Assembly: GCA_005787345.1 (NCBI GenBank)
Contig: SYBH01000145.1
Span: forward strand, 3,891-67,890
Direction of reading: 5' to 3'
Length of the DNA: 64,000 nt
Source of the DNA: Actinomycetota bacterium
GTDB lineage: Bacteria; Actinomycetota; Acidimicrobiia; Acidimicrobiales; Acidimicrobilacustridaceae
Made by a program: the position numbers and the translations under genes. Positions 29,385 through 39,589 of the stretch are shown here, in pieces (positions within the stretch are counted from its first letter, which is position 1; each line of letters begins with the position of its first letter). Under the pieces are notes generated by a model that had not been told where the DNA came from, did not search any database, and worked only from the letters and a program-made list of their open reading frames with translations.

Positions 29385-30436
29385 CGGCCGGTAACTGCGG
29401 TTGGGTTCTGTGACGGAGCAATGACGGGCGCATGTACCGTCGACAGAAGGCGGGCGAGGATCTGTTCAACGGAGAGTCCCTGCGCGAGCGCTTCGTATGA
29501 CGGCACAACTCGGTGTCGTAACACATCGGGTGCGATGTCGAAGATGTCTTGCGGCAATACGTAGGAACGTCCGCGCATGAGGGCGAGCGCACGACCGCCA
29601 GCGACAAGACCAAGCGAAGCTCTTGGACTTCCGCCCCATGAGATGAGCTCTGCGAGTTCGGGAAGTCCATAGGCTGCAGGCTCGCGAGTGGCGAGAACGA
29701 GGCGAACGGCGTAATCGGCAACCGCAGGTGCAACGTGCACCGCGTCGCAGGATGTCTGTAGTTCAACGAGCTGTTCGAGGCTGAGCACCTCCTGGGCTTT
29801 CGGTGCACCGACTGCCATGCGAGCAACGATTTGAGCTTCTTCTGCTGCGGTTGGATAGCCGACCACAACCTTCATGAGGAAACGGTCTCGCTGGGCCTCG
29901 GGAAGCGGGTAGACGCCCTCACTCTCGATTGGGTTCTGGGTGGCGAGCACCAAGAATGGCTCGGGAACTTTTTTCGTGGTGCCGGCGATGGACACCTGGT
30001 GCTCGGCCATGACCTCGAGGAGAGCGGACTGCACTTTGGCGGGAGCACGATTGATTTCATCAGCCAGAACGATGTTGGCAAAGACTGGACCCCACTCGAT
30101 ATCGAAGGTCTCGTTCGATGCACGGAAGATTCGAGTGCCGATGAGATCGGCGGGAAGAAGATCAGGGGTGAATTGGAGGCGGTTGTAATTTCCGCCGATC
30201 ACCGTGGCGAGCGTCTCCACAGCAAGTGTTTTGGCCAGGCCAGGTACGCCCTCGAGCAGCACATGGCCGCGAGCAAGAAGGCCGACGAAGAGTCGCTCGA
30301 TCGCACGGTCTTGGCCAACGATGACCTTCTTCATCTCCATAAGTGCCGCCTCGAGCAGTGCCGCATCGGCTGATGAGGCAGCCGTTCTATCGGCGGGTGT
30401 CGAGACTGGGGAGGAAGGGAAGGACGGGTCGGACAT
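29381..30436 (-). CDS. moxR: MoxR family AAA+ ATPase
   Basis: LLEGVPGLAKT, QFTPDLLPAD, LADEINRAPAKVQSALLE, LPEAQRDRF. Start ATG 30436 with SD AGGAG (alternative 30490). Confidence 0.94.
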   Translation of the reverse strand: MSDPSFPSSPVSTPADRTAASSADAALLEAALMEMKKVIVGQDRAIERLFVGLLARGHVLLEGVPGLAKTLAVETLATVIGGNYNRLQFTPDLLPADLIGTRIFRASNETFDIEWGPVFANIVLADEINRAPAKVQSALLEVMAEHQVSIAGTTKKVPEPFLVLATQNPIESEGVYPLPEAQRDRFLMKVVVGYPTAAEEAQIVARMAVGAPKAQEVLSLEQLVELQTSCDAVHVAPAVADYAVRLVLATREPAAYGLPELAELISWGGSPRASLGLVAGGRALALMRGRSYVLPQDIFDIAPDVLRHRVVPSYEALAQGLSVEQILARLLSTVHAPVIAPSQNPTAVTGR

Positions 30437-30622
30437 CAGGGGCTCCTGGAGGGGATATGGGGAGGTTGGGAGGTTATGGGTCGCGGTCATGGAGCGAAGG
30501 GGACCACATTGGACCGAAGACCACCATAAAGCCGGGAATCAATTTTGTCTTTGGCCGAGCACTTCGGGTTTTCGGCAGGGAGTGCGATGAAGAGGGGAGT
30601 CTGGGGCGATACCGTCAACGCC

Positions 30623-31297
30623 GTGCGAGTTCTTGTCGTTGACGATGAAGTCGATTTGGCCGAGGCGGTGGCGAGAGGTTTGCGTCGTGAGGGGTACGCA
30701 GTCGACGTTTCCAACGACGGTGCCGATGCGCTCAACAAAGTCATGGTCACTACCTACGACCTGCTGTGCCTCGACATCACTATGCCCGGCATTGATGGTG
30801 GCGAAGTGTGCCGGCGGGTGCGGGCTGAAGCCGATCCTCAGCCCCGAATTTTGATGCTCACGGCTCGTGACGGTCTCGAGGATCGTGTTGCCGGCCTTGA
30901 CGATGGTGCCGATGACTACCTCGTCAAACCATTCGCGTTTCCGGAACTCTTGGCTCGGGTGCGTTCATTACTGCGCCGCGATTCTCGGGCTGTTTCATCA
31001 GTCACGGTGGTAGGCGAACTTGAAGTCGACGATGCGCGCCATGAAGCAAGGCGCGGATCTCGCCGACTTGATCTCACCGCCAAAGAGTTCGCACTCCTTC
31101 GCTATTTCATGCTGCACGCAGGCGAAGTAATTTCTCAAGAGACACTGCTTGAACACGTTTGGGACGAACATGCGGATCCGTTCACCAATACCGTTCGTGT
31201 AACTGTTGGCACACTGCGCCGTAAAGTCACTATTGACAACGAAACGCCGCTCATCGAAACCGTCATCGGTTCCGGATATCGATTGCTTGATCCATGA
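30623..31297 (+). CDS. OmpR/PhoB family response regulator
   Basis: VLVVDDE, LDITMP, LMLTARD, GADDYLVKPF, winged-helix LTAKEF...TVIGSGY. Confidence 0.94.
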   Translation: MRVLVVDDEVDLAEAVARGLRREGYAVDVSNDGADALNKVMVTTYDLLCLDITMPGIDGGEVCRRVRAEADPQPRILMLTARDGLEDRVAGLDDGADDYLVKPFAFPELLARVRSLLRRDSRAVSSVTVVGELEVDDARHEARRGSRRLDLTAKEFALLRYFMLHAGEVISQETLLEHVWDEHADPFTNTVRVTVGTLRRKVTIDNETPLIETVIGSGYRLLDP

Positions 31298-32598
31298 TTG
31301 ATCCGCACCTTTCTGGGGCAGACGCTGATCAGCGGGACTTGGCCGTGGAAACAACGCGTTCAAATAGCGCTGTTCGCACCCGATTTCATTCACGTAGCTA
31401 CCGAGCCTCAAAGCGTTTGCCTGCATGGATGGGCTCTATCCGCTTTCGCCTGACGGCGGTGTGGTCGATTCTCGTTTTCGGTCTTGCTGCACTTGTTGTG
31501 GGTGGCATCTATTTGGGTCTCCACAATTCGCTGAGTAATCAGAAGATCTCAGCAACTGCATTTCAGGTTGGGGGTATCACATTCATCCAGCCTGATCAGG
31601 CGCAATTAGTCCAGCGATCAGTGAACGAACGAGCGCTCGATGCGTTGCGGGTGTATTCGTTTTGGTCGTTACTAGCGTTGTTCTTTACGAGTCTGGTTGT
31701 CGGCTGGATCGTGAGTGGCCGCATGCTCCGACCGCTTGGCGAGATCTCAAATTCGGTGCGTGAAATTCAAGCGAGTGATCTCAAACAGCGCATCGATCTA
31801 GGCGGACCGAACGATGAACTGCGTCAACTCGCCGATACCTTCGATGACATGCTTGGTCGTCTTGACGAAGCATTCGAAGGTCAACGTCAATTCATTCACG
31901 AAGCGAGCCACGAACTCCGTAATCCACTTGCGGTGATTCGTACCAATCTTGAAGTCACGCTTTCTGATCCTGATGCGAGTGCGGATGATCTCCGCCATAC
32001 GGCAGAAGTTGTTGAACGTTCCTCCGAGCGAATGGCTCGACTTGTCGATGATCTACTCGTTTATGCGCGTAAAGGAACGCTTTCTCTCGAGCGCGATCCA
32101 GTCGATGTCGGGCAATTGATCAATGAAGCCGCCGAAGAGTTCAATGTGCCTGCAGTCGCAGCTGGCGTTCACCTTGTGCATCACGCCGACTCGGGGCTTT
32201 GGGTTATTGGAGATCGTTTGGCGCTTCGCCAAGCGCTCGGGAATCTCTTGGCTAATGCCATTCGCTATTCGCCCGAAGGCAGCACGGTTCGACTTCGAGG
32301 TGGACTCGATGGCCCGTGGGTTTGGATGGCGGTCGAGGACCAAGGCCCGGGAATTGATCCGTCTGACCGAGATCGAGTCTTCCAGCGGTTTTGGCGCGGC
32401 GACCCCAGGGCAGGTCGCGAACAGGGACGAAGTGGGCTTGGCCTCACCATCGTCCGGCAGATCGCCGAAGCCCATGGTGGCGAAGTGAAGTTGGTGTCCC
32501 AGGTAGAGCACGGATCAGCCTTTGCTCTCTGGTTACCGGCGCTAGCGCCGGCAGAACCACAGGCGCCGCTCCCGCCTCCACCGATAGCGATGGCCTAG
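31294..32598 (+). CDS. HAMP-domain sensor histidine kinase
   Basis: Two TMs, HAMP, ASHELRNPL, NLLANAIRY, DQGPGI, GLGL. Confidence 0.94.
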   Translation: MIDPHLSGADADQRDLAVETTRSNSAVRTRFHSRSYRASKRLPAWMGSIRFRLTAVWSILVFGLAALVVGGIYLGLHNSLSNQKISATAFQVGGITFIQPDQAQLVQRSVNERALDALRVYSFWSLLALFFTSLVVGWIVSGRMLRPLGEISNSVREIQASDLKQRIDLGGPNDELRQLADTFDDMLGRLDEAFEGQRQFIHEASHELRNPLAVIRTNLEVTLSDPDASADDLRHTAEVVERSSERMARLVDDLLVYARKGTLSLERDPVDVGQLINEAAEEFNVPAVAAGVHLVHHADSGLWVIGDRLALRQALGNLLANAIRYSPEGSTVRLRGGLDGPWVWMAVEDQGPGIDPSDRDRVFQRFWRGDPRAGREQGRSGLGLTIVRQIAEAHGGEVKLVSQVEHGSAFALWLPALAPAEPQAPLPPPPIAMA

Positions 32599-32728
32599 AC
32601 ATTGTGCGTCGCTCCGAAGAAGTCTCGACTTTCGTTCGGCTTTCGCTGCCACTCAGTACGTTGCAGTCACGTTCACCTCAAGGTGTCCGTACCATTCGAT
32701 CCGAAACTGTTGCAGGAGCCGATTCGAA

Positions 32729-33973
32729 ATGACCTGGGATAACCAGCCCCCCGTACTGCCACCACGGCCCCCAACGCCGCCTACCCCGGCCGGAACTTGG
32801 GAACCCCCGGTGCCCCCGACGTGGGGGAGCGGTGGCCCCGGTGTGCCGGTACCTCCGGCACCTCCTGTGCCTCCGGTTTCTACGCCGGCTCCGTGGGGTG
32901 GAGCTCCGACTCCGCCGCCAGAACGTGGCGCAACCCCATCTGGGCCGCGTCGTTCGAATTCATTCCTGCGAGTTGTTGTGGCCACTGTCGTTGTTGTGGG
33001 TCTGTTTGGACTTGGCTTCGGCATTCGATCGCTTGTCGATGGCAACACAACGACAATCATCCGCAGTTCAGCAGGAAGCGGTCAGGTCACGACAACAGCG
33101 GTCACGATCGATCCGGGTTCCGAGCCGATTGCCTACGTCGCAGCAACAGTGAGCCCGTCAGTGGTGCAGATTGAAACCACCAACGGCGTTGGATCTGGCG
33201 TTGCCTACGACACGGATCTCTTCATCACCAACGCCCACGTTGTTGGCACTGCGAGCACGGTGACCGTTCGTGATTCGGAAGGCACTGCTGTGAAGGGCCA
33301 GGTGCTTGGTGCCGATACAGGTACCGACATTGCCGTTATTCGCGCTATTGGACTTGCTGCTCCCGCCGCAAAGTTGGCAACAGCGAAGCCGAATGTTGGG
33401 CAGATTGCCGTTGCTGTCGGTAGTCCCTACGGACTTGAGCAAACAGTGACTTCGGGCATCGTCTCTGCGGTGAATCGTCCGCTGCCGAATCAGAGGAGTT
33501 TTGTTATCAACATGATCCAGACCGATGCCCCAATCAATCCGGGTAACTCCGGTGGTGCTTTGGCCAATCGAAATGGCGAGATCATGGGCATTAACTCTTC
33601 GATCTACAGCGAGACTGGCGAAAACACCGGTATCGGTTTCGCTATACCGATTTCGACAGCCAAGCGAGTCGCCGATCAGCTTGTTGCTGGCAAAACTGTT
33701 GCTCGAGCTGGACTCGGTCTGAGTGGTCCGAGTTCGACTCCTTCAGGTAGTGCTGGCGCCTATGTTCAGAGCGTCACGGGTGGAGGCGCCGCCGATAAGG
33801 CCGGCATCGAGTCCGGAGACCTCATCGTTGCGATCGATGGCGTGCCGGTTCGCAGCTTTGATGAACTTCGGGGAATGGCAAGTGGGTACAGCCCTGGCGA
33901 CAAGGTCGTCGTTGAAGTCAATCGTGACGGCAAAATTCTTGAGGTCGAGGTCACCCTCGGCACGCTGAACTAA
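32729..33973 (+). CDS. HtrA/S1C serine protease with PDZ domain
   Basis: Pro-rich N-terminus, TM, TNAHVV, DIAVI, QTDAPINPGNSGG, C-terminal PDZ. Confidence 0.93.
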   Translation: MTWDNQPPVLPPRPPTPPTPAGTWEPPVPPTWGSGGPGVPVPPAPPVPPVSTPAPWGGAPTPPPERGATPSGPRRSNSFLRVVVATVVVVGLFGLGFGIRSLVDGNTTTIIRSSAGSGQVTTTAVTIDPGSEPIAYVAATVSPSVVQIETTNGVGSGVAYDTDLFITNAHVVGTASTVTVRDSEGTAVKGQVLGADTGTDIAVIRAIGLAAPAAKLATAKPNVGQIAVAVGSPYGLEQTVTSGIVSAVNRPLPNQRSFVINMIQTDAPINPGNSGGALANRNGEIMGINSSIYSETGENTGIGFAIPISTAKRVADQLVAGKTVARAGLGLSGPSSTPSGSAGAYVQSVTGGGAADKAGIESGDLIVAIDGVPVRSFDELRGMASGYSPGDKVVVEVNRDGKILEVEVTLGTLN

Positions 33974-34002
33974 GACAGTTTTTTCCAAATCGGTCGTTAT
34001 GG

Positions 34003-34026
34003 GTGGTCGCCCGAGAGGGCGGCCAC
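34003..34026 (+). terminator. Stem-loop after htrA (probable terminator)
   Basis: gtggtcgccc-gaga-gggcggccac, GNRA loop; no U-tract. Confidence 0.55.
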
Positions 34027-34121
34027 TGACGCGTTTGGGGTCAGAGCGAAGGGTTCGAATGGGCGTGCGGACGACCTCACCCGGATGGGCCCGAAGGGTC
34101 GCCCACTAGGCTCATTTCCCC

Positions 34122-35240
34122 ATGGCTGAGATCCTCATCATCGTTGCCGTCGTCGTCCTTCTTGGTCTGATAATCGGGTTCGGATTCATTGCTCCTCGGA
34201 ATCGACGGGGGTCGATAGAGCCGCAGTCGAAGCGACGCGCTCCGGTCGACGACCGTGTTGCTGAAGTTGTCGAGGTTGAGACGGTCAGCCCTGAAGTTAT
34301 TGAAGTTGTTGAGGTTGATGAGCCAGAAATCAGTACTGAACGACCGCGTTTTCGCGACCGTCTGGGAAAGGCTCGTGCCGCGTTATCGGGTGCGATGGGT
34401 TCGATCGCTGGTCGTTCAAAGATCGATGCTGAGACATGGGACGAACTCGAAGAAGCACTCATCCTTGCCGACGTCGGCGTTGCCTCAACTCAGGAACTTC
34501 TCGATCACCTGCGGGCGCGAGTCAAAGCTGACGGACTTTCGAATGGCGAAGAACTGCTCGGTGCATTGAAGTTAGAGATGATCGATCGCCTGAGCGGATT
34601 CGATCGTGAACTCACTCTGTCGAGCGAGTCTGGGCCAACGGTATGGCTCTTTGTTGGCGTGAATGGTGTTGGAAAGACGACGACCATCGGAAAGTTGGGT
34701 GTGCGCGAGGTTCGCGAAGGTCGCACGGTTCTTATGGCTGCGGGCGATACGTTCCGCGCTGCGGCTGCTGAGCAGCTTGGAATGTGGGCCGATCGAGCTG
34801 GCGCGGAACTCGTCCGAGGCAGTGAAGGCGGGGATCCAAGCGCAGTGATCTTCGACGGTGTCGAAGCCGCAAACGCGCGAAATATTGATCTTGTTCTTGC
34901 TGATACCGCCGGTCGCCTGCACAACAAGGTGAACCTCATGGAAGAACTCAGCAAGGTTCGACGAGTCGCTGACAAGGGCGCCGGAACAGTCACAGAAGTC
35001 CTCCTTGTCATTGATGCAACCACTGGTCAGAACGGTTTGGTGCAAGCCAAGCAGTTCACCGAGGCCGTGGAACTCACAGGTGTTGTGCTCACGAAACTCG
35101 ATGGATCTGCCAAAGGTGGCATCGTGATTGCTATTCACGATCAACTTGGTATTCCCGTGAAGTTGGTTGGCCTCGGTGAAGGTGCAGAAGATCTTGTTCC
35201 ATTCGATGCGGCCGAATTTGTAGAGGCACTGTTCGCATGA
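34122..35240 (+). CDS. ftsY: SRP receptor FtsY
   Basis: N-terminal TM; GVNGVGKTTTIGK, DTFRAAA, DTAGRL, TKLDGSAKGG. Confidence 0.97.
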   Translation: MAEILIIVAVVVLLGLIIGFGFIAPRNRRGSIEPQSKRRAPVDDRVAEVVEVETVSPEVIEVVEVDEPEISTERPRFRDRLGKARAALSGAMGSIAGRSKIDAETWDELEEALILADVGVASTQELLDHLRARVKADGLSNGEELLGALKLEMIDRLSGFDRELTLSSESGPTVWLFVGVNGVGKTTTIGKLGVREVREGRTVLMAAGDTFRAAAAEQLGMWADRAGAELVRGSEGGDPSAVIFDGVEAANARNIDLVLADTAGRLHNKVNLMEELSKVRRVADKGAGTVTEVLLVIDATTGQNGLVQAKQFTEAVELTGVVLTKLDGSAKGGIVIAIHDQLGIPVKLVGLGEGAEDLVPFDAAEFVEALFA

Positions 35241-35304
35241 AGAAACTCACCCATCACGACAATGTTCTTGCTAGTGACGACGAAACTGTTGAGGTCGCGG
35301 CCTG

Positions 35305-36807
35305 ATGTTTGAATCACTTTCAGATCGGTTTGAGTCTGTCCTTGGAAAACTCAAGGGCAAAGGAAAGCTTTCCGAAGCCGATGTCGATGACGCACTGCGA
35401 GAGATTCGTCTCGCGCTACTCGAGGCCGACGTTAACTTCACCGTCGTCAAGAACTTCTGTGCACGGGTCCGAGATCGTGCCGTTGGTGAAGAGGTTTCCA
35501 AAGCGCTGAATCCTGGCCAGCAAATGGTCAAGATCGTCAATGACGAACTCACCGCTACGCTCGGCGGCGAAACCATTCGCATCACCTACAACGCAAAGCC
35601 GCCGACCGTTGTCCTCATGGCTGGTTTGCAGGGTTCGGGTAAGACAACCAACTCAGCGAAACTGGCCCGCTGGTTTAAGAGCCAAGGTCGTCATCCACTT
35701 CTGGTTGGTGCTGATCTTCAGCGGCCCGCCGCCGTTGAGCAGTTGCGCACACTGGGTCGTCAGATCGAAGTGCCGGTCTTTTCCGAAGATTCCGATCCTG
35801 TTCAGGTCGCGAAGAGCGCATTGCTTGAAGCGCGCACGACCGGCCGCGACATTGTCATTGTCGATACTGCGGGTCGACTTGCGATCGATGCCGAACTAAT
35901 GGATGAGGTCCGTCGGATCTCCGAAGCTGTTGATCCCGATTACACGTTCCTTGTTATCGACGCGATGACTGGCCAAGATGCTGTCAATACCGCCGAGGCA
36001 TTTCACGCGACTCTCGAACTTGACGGTGTCATCCTCACCAAACTCGATGGCGATGCTCGCGGTGGTGCTGCACTCAGCGTCAAAGAAGTCGTGGGTCGTC
36101 CGATTGCGTTTGCTTCGACTGGTGAAAAACTCCGTGACTTCGATCTCTTCCATCCGGATCGTCTTGCCGGTCGGATCCTCGGCATGGGCGACATGCTCAC
36201 GCTTATCGAAAAGGCCGAAGAGGTCTTCGAGAAAGATCAGGCCGAAGAAGCTGCCACTCGACTTCTCGAAGGGCAGTTCACGCTCGAGGATTTCCTCGAC
36301 CAAATGCAGCAGCTGAAGAAAATGGGTCCTCTCTCGGGTGTCCTCGGCATGATGCCGGGTATTCCCAAAGAAGTGAAGAACGCGCAGATCGACGACCGCG
36401 AAATCGCGCGTGTCGAGGCCATCATTCGATCGATGACACCTGCAGAACGAGTTGATCCCGACCTCATTGACCAGTCGCGTCGGGTGCGAATTGCAAATGG
36501 TTCTGGGACCGAAGCAGCCCGGGTCGGCGAACTCATCAAGCAATTCAAAGAGATGTCCAAGATGATGAAGCGCATGGGTGGGGCCGGAACGAAGCGTTTG
36601 AACAAGTCCCGTCGTAAAGCGGCCAAGGGGAAGTCCAAGGGTCCCGGCGGTCGCACCTCCGGTGGCGGACGCGTCGCCCCGAAAGGCAAGGCGCCCTTGC
36701 GATTGCCCGATTTCGAAGCCGATCTTGGTGGCGGTCGACCTGGTGGCGGACTCCGCCTTCCGGGCCTTCCCGGGGGCCCCGATAGCGACCCGCTCGGCCT
36801 CGGCTGA
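35305..36807 (+). CDS. ffh: Signal recognition particle protein Ffh
   Basis: GLQGSGKTT, DTAGRL, TKLDGDARGG, RILGMGD, M-domain IIRSMT. Confidence 0.97.
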   Translation: MFESLSDRFESVLGKLKGKGKLSEADVDDALREIRLALLEADVNFTVVKNFCARVRDRAVGEEVSKALNPGQQMVKIVNDELTATLGGETIRITYNAKPPTVVLMAGLQGSGKTTNSAKLARWFKSQGRHPLLVGADLQRPAAVEQLRTLGRQIEVPVFSEDSDPVQVAKSALLEARTTGRDIVIVDTAGRLAIDAELMDEVRRISEAVDPDYTFLVIDAMTGQDAVNTAEAFHATLELDGVILTKLDGDARGGAALSVKEVVGRPIAFASTGEKLRDFDLFHPDRLAGRILGMGDMLTLIEKAEEVFEKDQAEEAATRLLEGQFTLEDFLDQMQQLKKMGPLSGVLGMMPGIPKEVKNAQIDDREIARVEAIIRSMTPAERVDPDLIDQSRRVRIANGSGTEAARVGELIKQFKEMSKMMKRMGGAGTKRLNKSRRKAAKGKSKGPGGRTSGGGRVAPKGKAPLRLPDFEADLGGGRPGGGLRLPGLPGGPDSDPLGLG

Positions 36808-36929
36808 GTTCTGAACTTGCCCGCGGCTCCGTCGCGGGTCACCATTGAAGGCCGCTCAGCCGTCCCGATTGGTTCGGCCGATAACGTTCGTAGTCCGTTC
36901 TTGCACGACCAGCAGAAGAGAGAAACCTC

Positions 36930-37193
36930 GTGGTGAAGCTCCGCCTCATGCGGATGGGAAAGACCAAGCAACCGACCTATCGCGTCGTTGCCGCCGATTC
37001 GCGCTCGCCGCGCAACGGCCGGTTCATCGAAATCGTGGGTCATTACAACCCGCGCACCGAGCCCTCCGAGGTCACCATTGATAACGACAAAGCTGTCGCA
37101 TGGCTTCAAAAGGGCGCTCAGCCCACTGAGGTTGTCGAGAAGCTTCTGAAGATCTCTGGCGCTTGGGAGCAGTTCACCGGCGCAGCATCGTGA
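36930..37193 (+). CDS. rpsP: 30S ribosomal protein S16
   Basis: [31 protein letters not shown]. Confidence 0.97.
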   Translation: MVKLRLMRMGKTKQPTYRVVAADSRSPRNGRFIEIVGHYNPRTEPSEVTIDNDKAVAWLQKGAQPTEVVEKLLKISGAWEQFTGAAS

Positions 37194-37477
37194 GCGACGC
37201 CGCCGACACCGTCGACGCGTCGGAAGTAACTCCCGACTTCACCACGGCAAAGGCCGTGTTGACTTACGTCGTTCAGCAATTGGTCGAGGATCCGGCCGCC
37301 GTCGAGATCGAACTTGACGATCGCGGTCGCAAGGCTGTCCTCAACGTGCACGTTGGTCCTGGCGACATGGGTCGTGTCATCGGCAAGCGCGGTCGTGTTG
37401 CGCAGTCGATCCGCACCGTCGTGCGCGCCGCCGCCGCCCGTGATGGTGGCGATGTCGAGGTCGAGTTCCTCGACTGA
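37190..37477 (+). CDS. khpA: KH-domain RNA-binding protein KhpA
   Basis: [20 protein letters not shown]; between rpsP and rimM. Confidence 0.92.
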   Translation: MSDAADTVDASEVTPDFTTAKAVLTYVVQQLVEDPAAVEIELDDRGRKAVLNVHVGPGDMGRVIGKRGRVAQSIRTVVRAAAARDGGDVEVEFLD

Positions 37478-37481
37478 TTCG

Positions 37482-37964
37482 GTGAACCTCCTCGAGGTCG
37501 GCCGCATCGACAAACCGCATGGAGTGCGCGGCGATGTCGTCGTTGCACTGACAACTACTGAAACACATCGTGTCGCTCCCGGTACGCGTCTATTCGCCGG
37601 TGAACGCGAATTCGTGATCACTGCGTCGCGTCCACACCAGCATCGCTGGATCGTGACCTTCGAGGGCGTGTACGGCCGTGAGGGTGCCGAGGAAATTTCG
37701 GGACTAGTGCTTTCGGCAGAACCCCTTGACGACGAAGATCCGGACGCTCTCTGGGTTCATGAACTGATTGGTTCAACTGTCGTCGAAATCGATGGCACCG
37801 AACGCGGCACCGTTGTTGCCGTTCAGGACAATCCTGCGAGCGATCTTCTTGTGCTCGACAGTGGCGCTCTTGTGCCACTGCGTTTCCTCGAAGGTCGTGA
37901 CGATGAAGATCGTTTGGTCGTCGACGTTCCTGACGGTCTATTCGAACTTCTTGACGAGGACTAG
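37482..37964 (+). CDS. rimM: Ribosome maturation factor RimM
   Basis: VGRIDKPHGVRG, WVHELIG, PRC-barrel end VDVPDGL. Confidence 0.93.
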   Translation: MNLLEVGRIDKPHGVRGDVVVALTTTETHRVAPGTRLFAGEREFVITASRPHQHRWIVTFEGVYGREGAEEISGLVLSAEPLDDEDPDALWVHELIGSTVVEIDGTERGTVVAVQDNPASDLLVLDSGALVPLRFLEGRDDEDRLVVDVPDGLFELLDED

Positions 37965-37969
37965 TGGTC

Positions 37970-38695
37970 ATGCGTATCGACGTCTTCACTATCTTCCCCG
38001 ACATGGTGTCGGAGTTCGCGGGACAGAGCCTTCTCGGTCGTGCCTCGGCGAAGGGTTTGCTCGATGTGCGCATTCATGATCTGCGCGAGCACACCACTGA
38101 CGTGCATCGCACCGTGGACGATTCACCGTTTGGCGGGGGAGCAGGGATGGTTCTGCGCCCCGAGCCGATTTACGCCTCGGTCGAAGCCGCTGATCCGCCT
38201 CGGCCGCTCTATTTGCTCGGGCCCGGGGGCCGCCGCCTCGATCAGTCGATGGCGCAGGAACTCGCCGAGTCCGGTGGATTCTCGATGTTGTGCGGTCGCT
38301 ATGAGGGTGTCGACGACCGAGTCCGCACCGATCTGTGCGACGGTGAACTTTCAATAGGCGACTACGTGCTCGGCGGCGGCGAGGTCGCCGCAATGGTGGT
38401 CCTAGAGGCCGTAGGGCGCCTCGTGCCGGGCGTGATGGGTAATTCCGCCTCTGCGGGTGACGAGTCCTTTAGCGACGGACTGCTGGAGTATCCGCAGTTC
38501 ACCAAGCCCGCCGAGTTTCGGGGGATGGTCGTGCCTGAGGTCTTGAGGTCTGGTGATCACGGCCGAATCGCCCGTTGGCGCCGAGCCCGGGCTCTGCGCC
38601 GGACACTTTCCTCAAGGCCCGACCTGATCGAGGCCAGAGGCGGGCTCTCCGACGCCGACGAGGCCCTCTTGGCCGACCCCGATTTCACCGATTGA
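37970..38695 (+). CDS. trmD: tRNA (m1G37) methyltransferase TrmD
   Basis: [41 protein letters not shown]. Confidence 0.97.
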   Translation: MRIDVFTIFPDMVSEFAGQSLLGRASAKGLLDVRIHDLREHTTDVHRTVDDSPFGGGAGMVLRPEPIYASVEAADPPRPLYLLGPGGRRLDQSMAQELAESGGFSMLCGRYEGVDDRVRTDLCDGELSIGDYVLGGGEVAAMVVLEAVGRLVPGVMGNSASAGDESFSDGLLEYPQFTKPAEFRGMVVPEVLRSGDHGRIARWRRARALRRTLSSRPDLIEARGGLSDADEALLADPDFTD

Positions 38696-38828
38696 GCGAA
38701 GGCCTTTCGGCGCTTTGCCGTTGGGCGACCGGTCCGCCTACGATGACGGCTCCCTCGGGCAACCGCTCCCGGTCCCGATTTCGTTTCTTGCCCCGCCTTC
38801 CGGCGGGCATTGCAGCCAGGACATTTCA

Positions 38829-39173
38829 ATGAACGCCATCGATCTGATCGACGCCCAAAGCCTCCGTGACGACGTGCCCGAGTTCGCCCCCGGCGACACG
38901 CTCAAGGTGCATGTCCGAGTTGTTGAAGGCAATCGCGAGCGCGTTCAGCTGTTCCAGGGCGCTGTCATCCGTCGTCAGGGTGGCGGTCTTCAGGAAACAT
39001 TCACCGTCCGCAAGGTCAGCTTCGGCGTTGGCGTCGAACGAACTTTCCCGGTTCATTCCCCGATCGTCTCCAAGATCGAAGTGGTGACCCGCGGCGATGT
39101 GCGTCGAGCCAAGCTCTATTACCTGCGCGATCGCGTTGGCAAGGCCGCCAAGATCAAGGAAAAGCGCGACTGA
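38829..39173 (+). CDS. rplS: 50S ribosomal protein L19
   Basis: [10 protein letters not shown]...[19 protein letters not shown]...[10 protein letters not shown]. Confidence 0.97.
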   Translation: MNAIDLIDAQSLRDDVPEFAPGDTLKVHVRVVEGNRERVQLFQGAVIRRQGGGLQETFTVRKVSFGVGVERTFPVHSPIVSKIEVVTRGDVRRAKLYYLRDRVGKAAKIKEKRD

Positions 39174-39273
39174 TCGTCGCGTTCTCGCCGGCGTTTGTCG
39201 GTCCAAACTTTCTTGTCGCTCCTCGTCCCTTACAGTTGTGGCAAAGCAAAGTCGCTGTTGAGCGGAGCTGCGT

Positions 39274-39576
39274 GTGAGTTCTGAGGATCTCGAAGAATAC
39301 GAGTCCGACGTCGAGTTGCAGCTTTATCGCGAATACAAAGATGTCTGTCCAATGTTCCGGTTCGTTGTCGAAACCGAACGACGGTTCTATTTGGCCAATG
39401 AGGTCAACCAAAGCGTTGTGAACGAAAACGGGCGCACACGCGTTGAAATCGAACTTCGAGATGCTTGGGTTTGGGACATGTACAGGCAGAATCGATTCGT
39501 CTCTCACGTCCGAGTTGTCACATTCAAAGACGTCAACATTGAAGAGTTGCCTCGCGAAGAGCTGCGACTCCCGTGA
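39274..39576 (+). CDS. DUF2469 family protein
   Basis: MSSEDLEEYESDVELQLYREY...VETERRFYLAN...DAWVWDMYR..RFV. Confidence 0.92.
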   Translation: MSSEDLEEYESDVELQLYREYKDVCPMFRFVVETERRFYLANEVNQSVVNENGRTRVEIELRDAWVWDMYRQNRFVSHVRVVTFKDVNIEELPREELRLP

Positions 39577-39589
39577 CGGCGCATCTCGG

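Noticed and set aside
32740-32945. Repetitive C-rich sequence at the start of htrA
   Set aside because: Encodes the usual Pro-rich cytoplasmic N-terminus; not a DNA repeat array.
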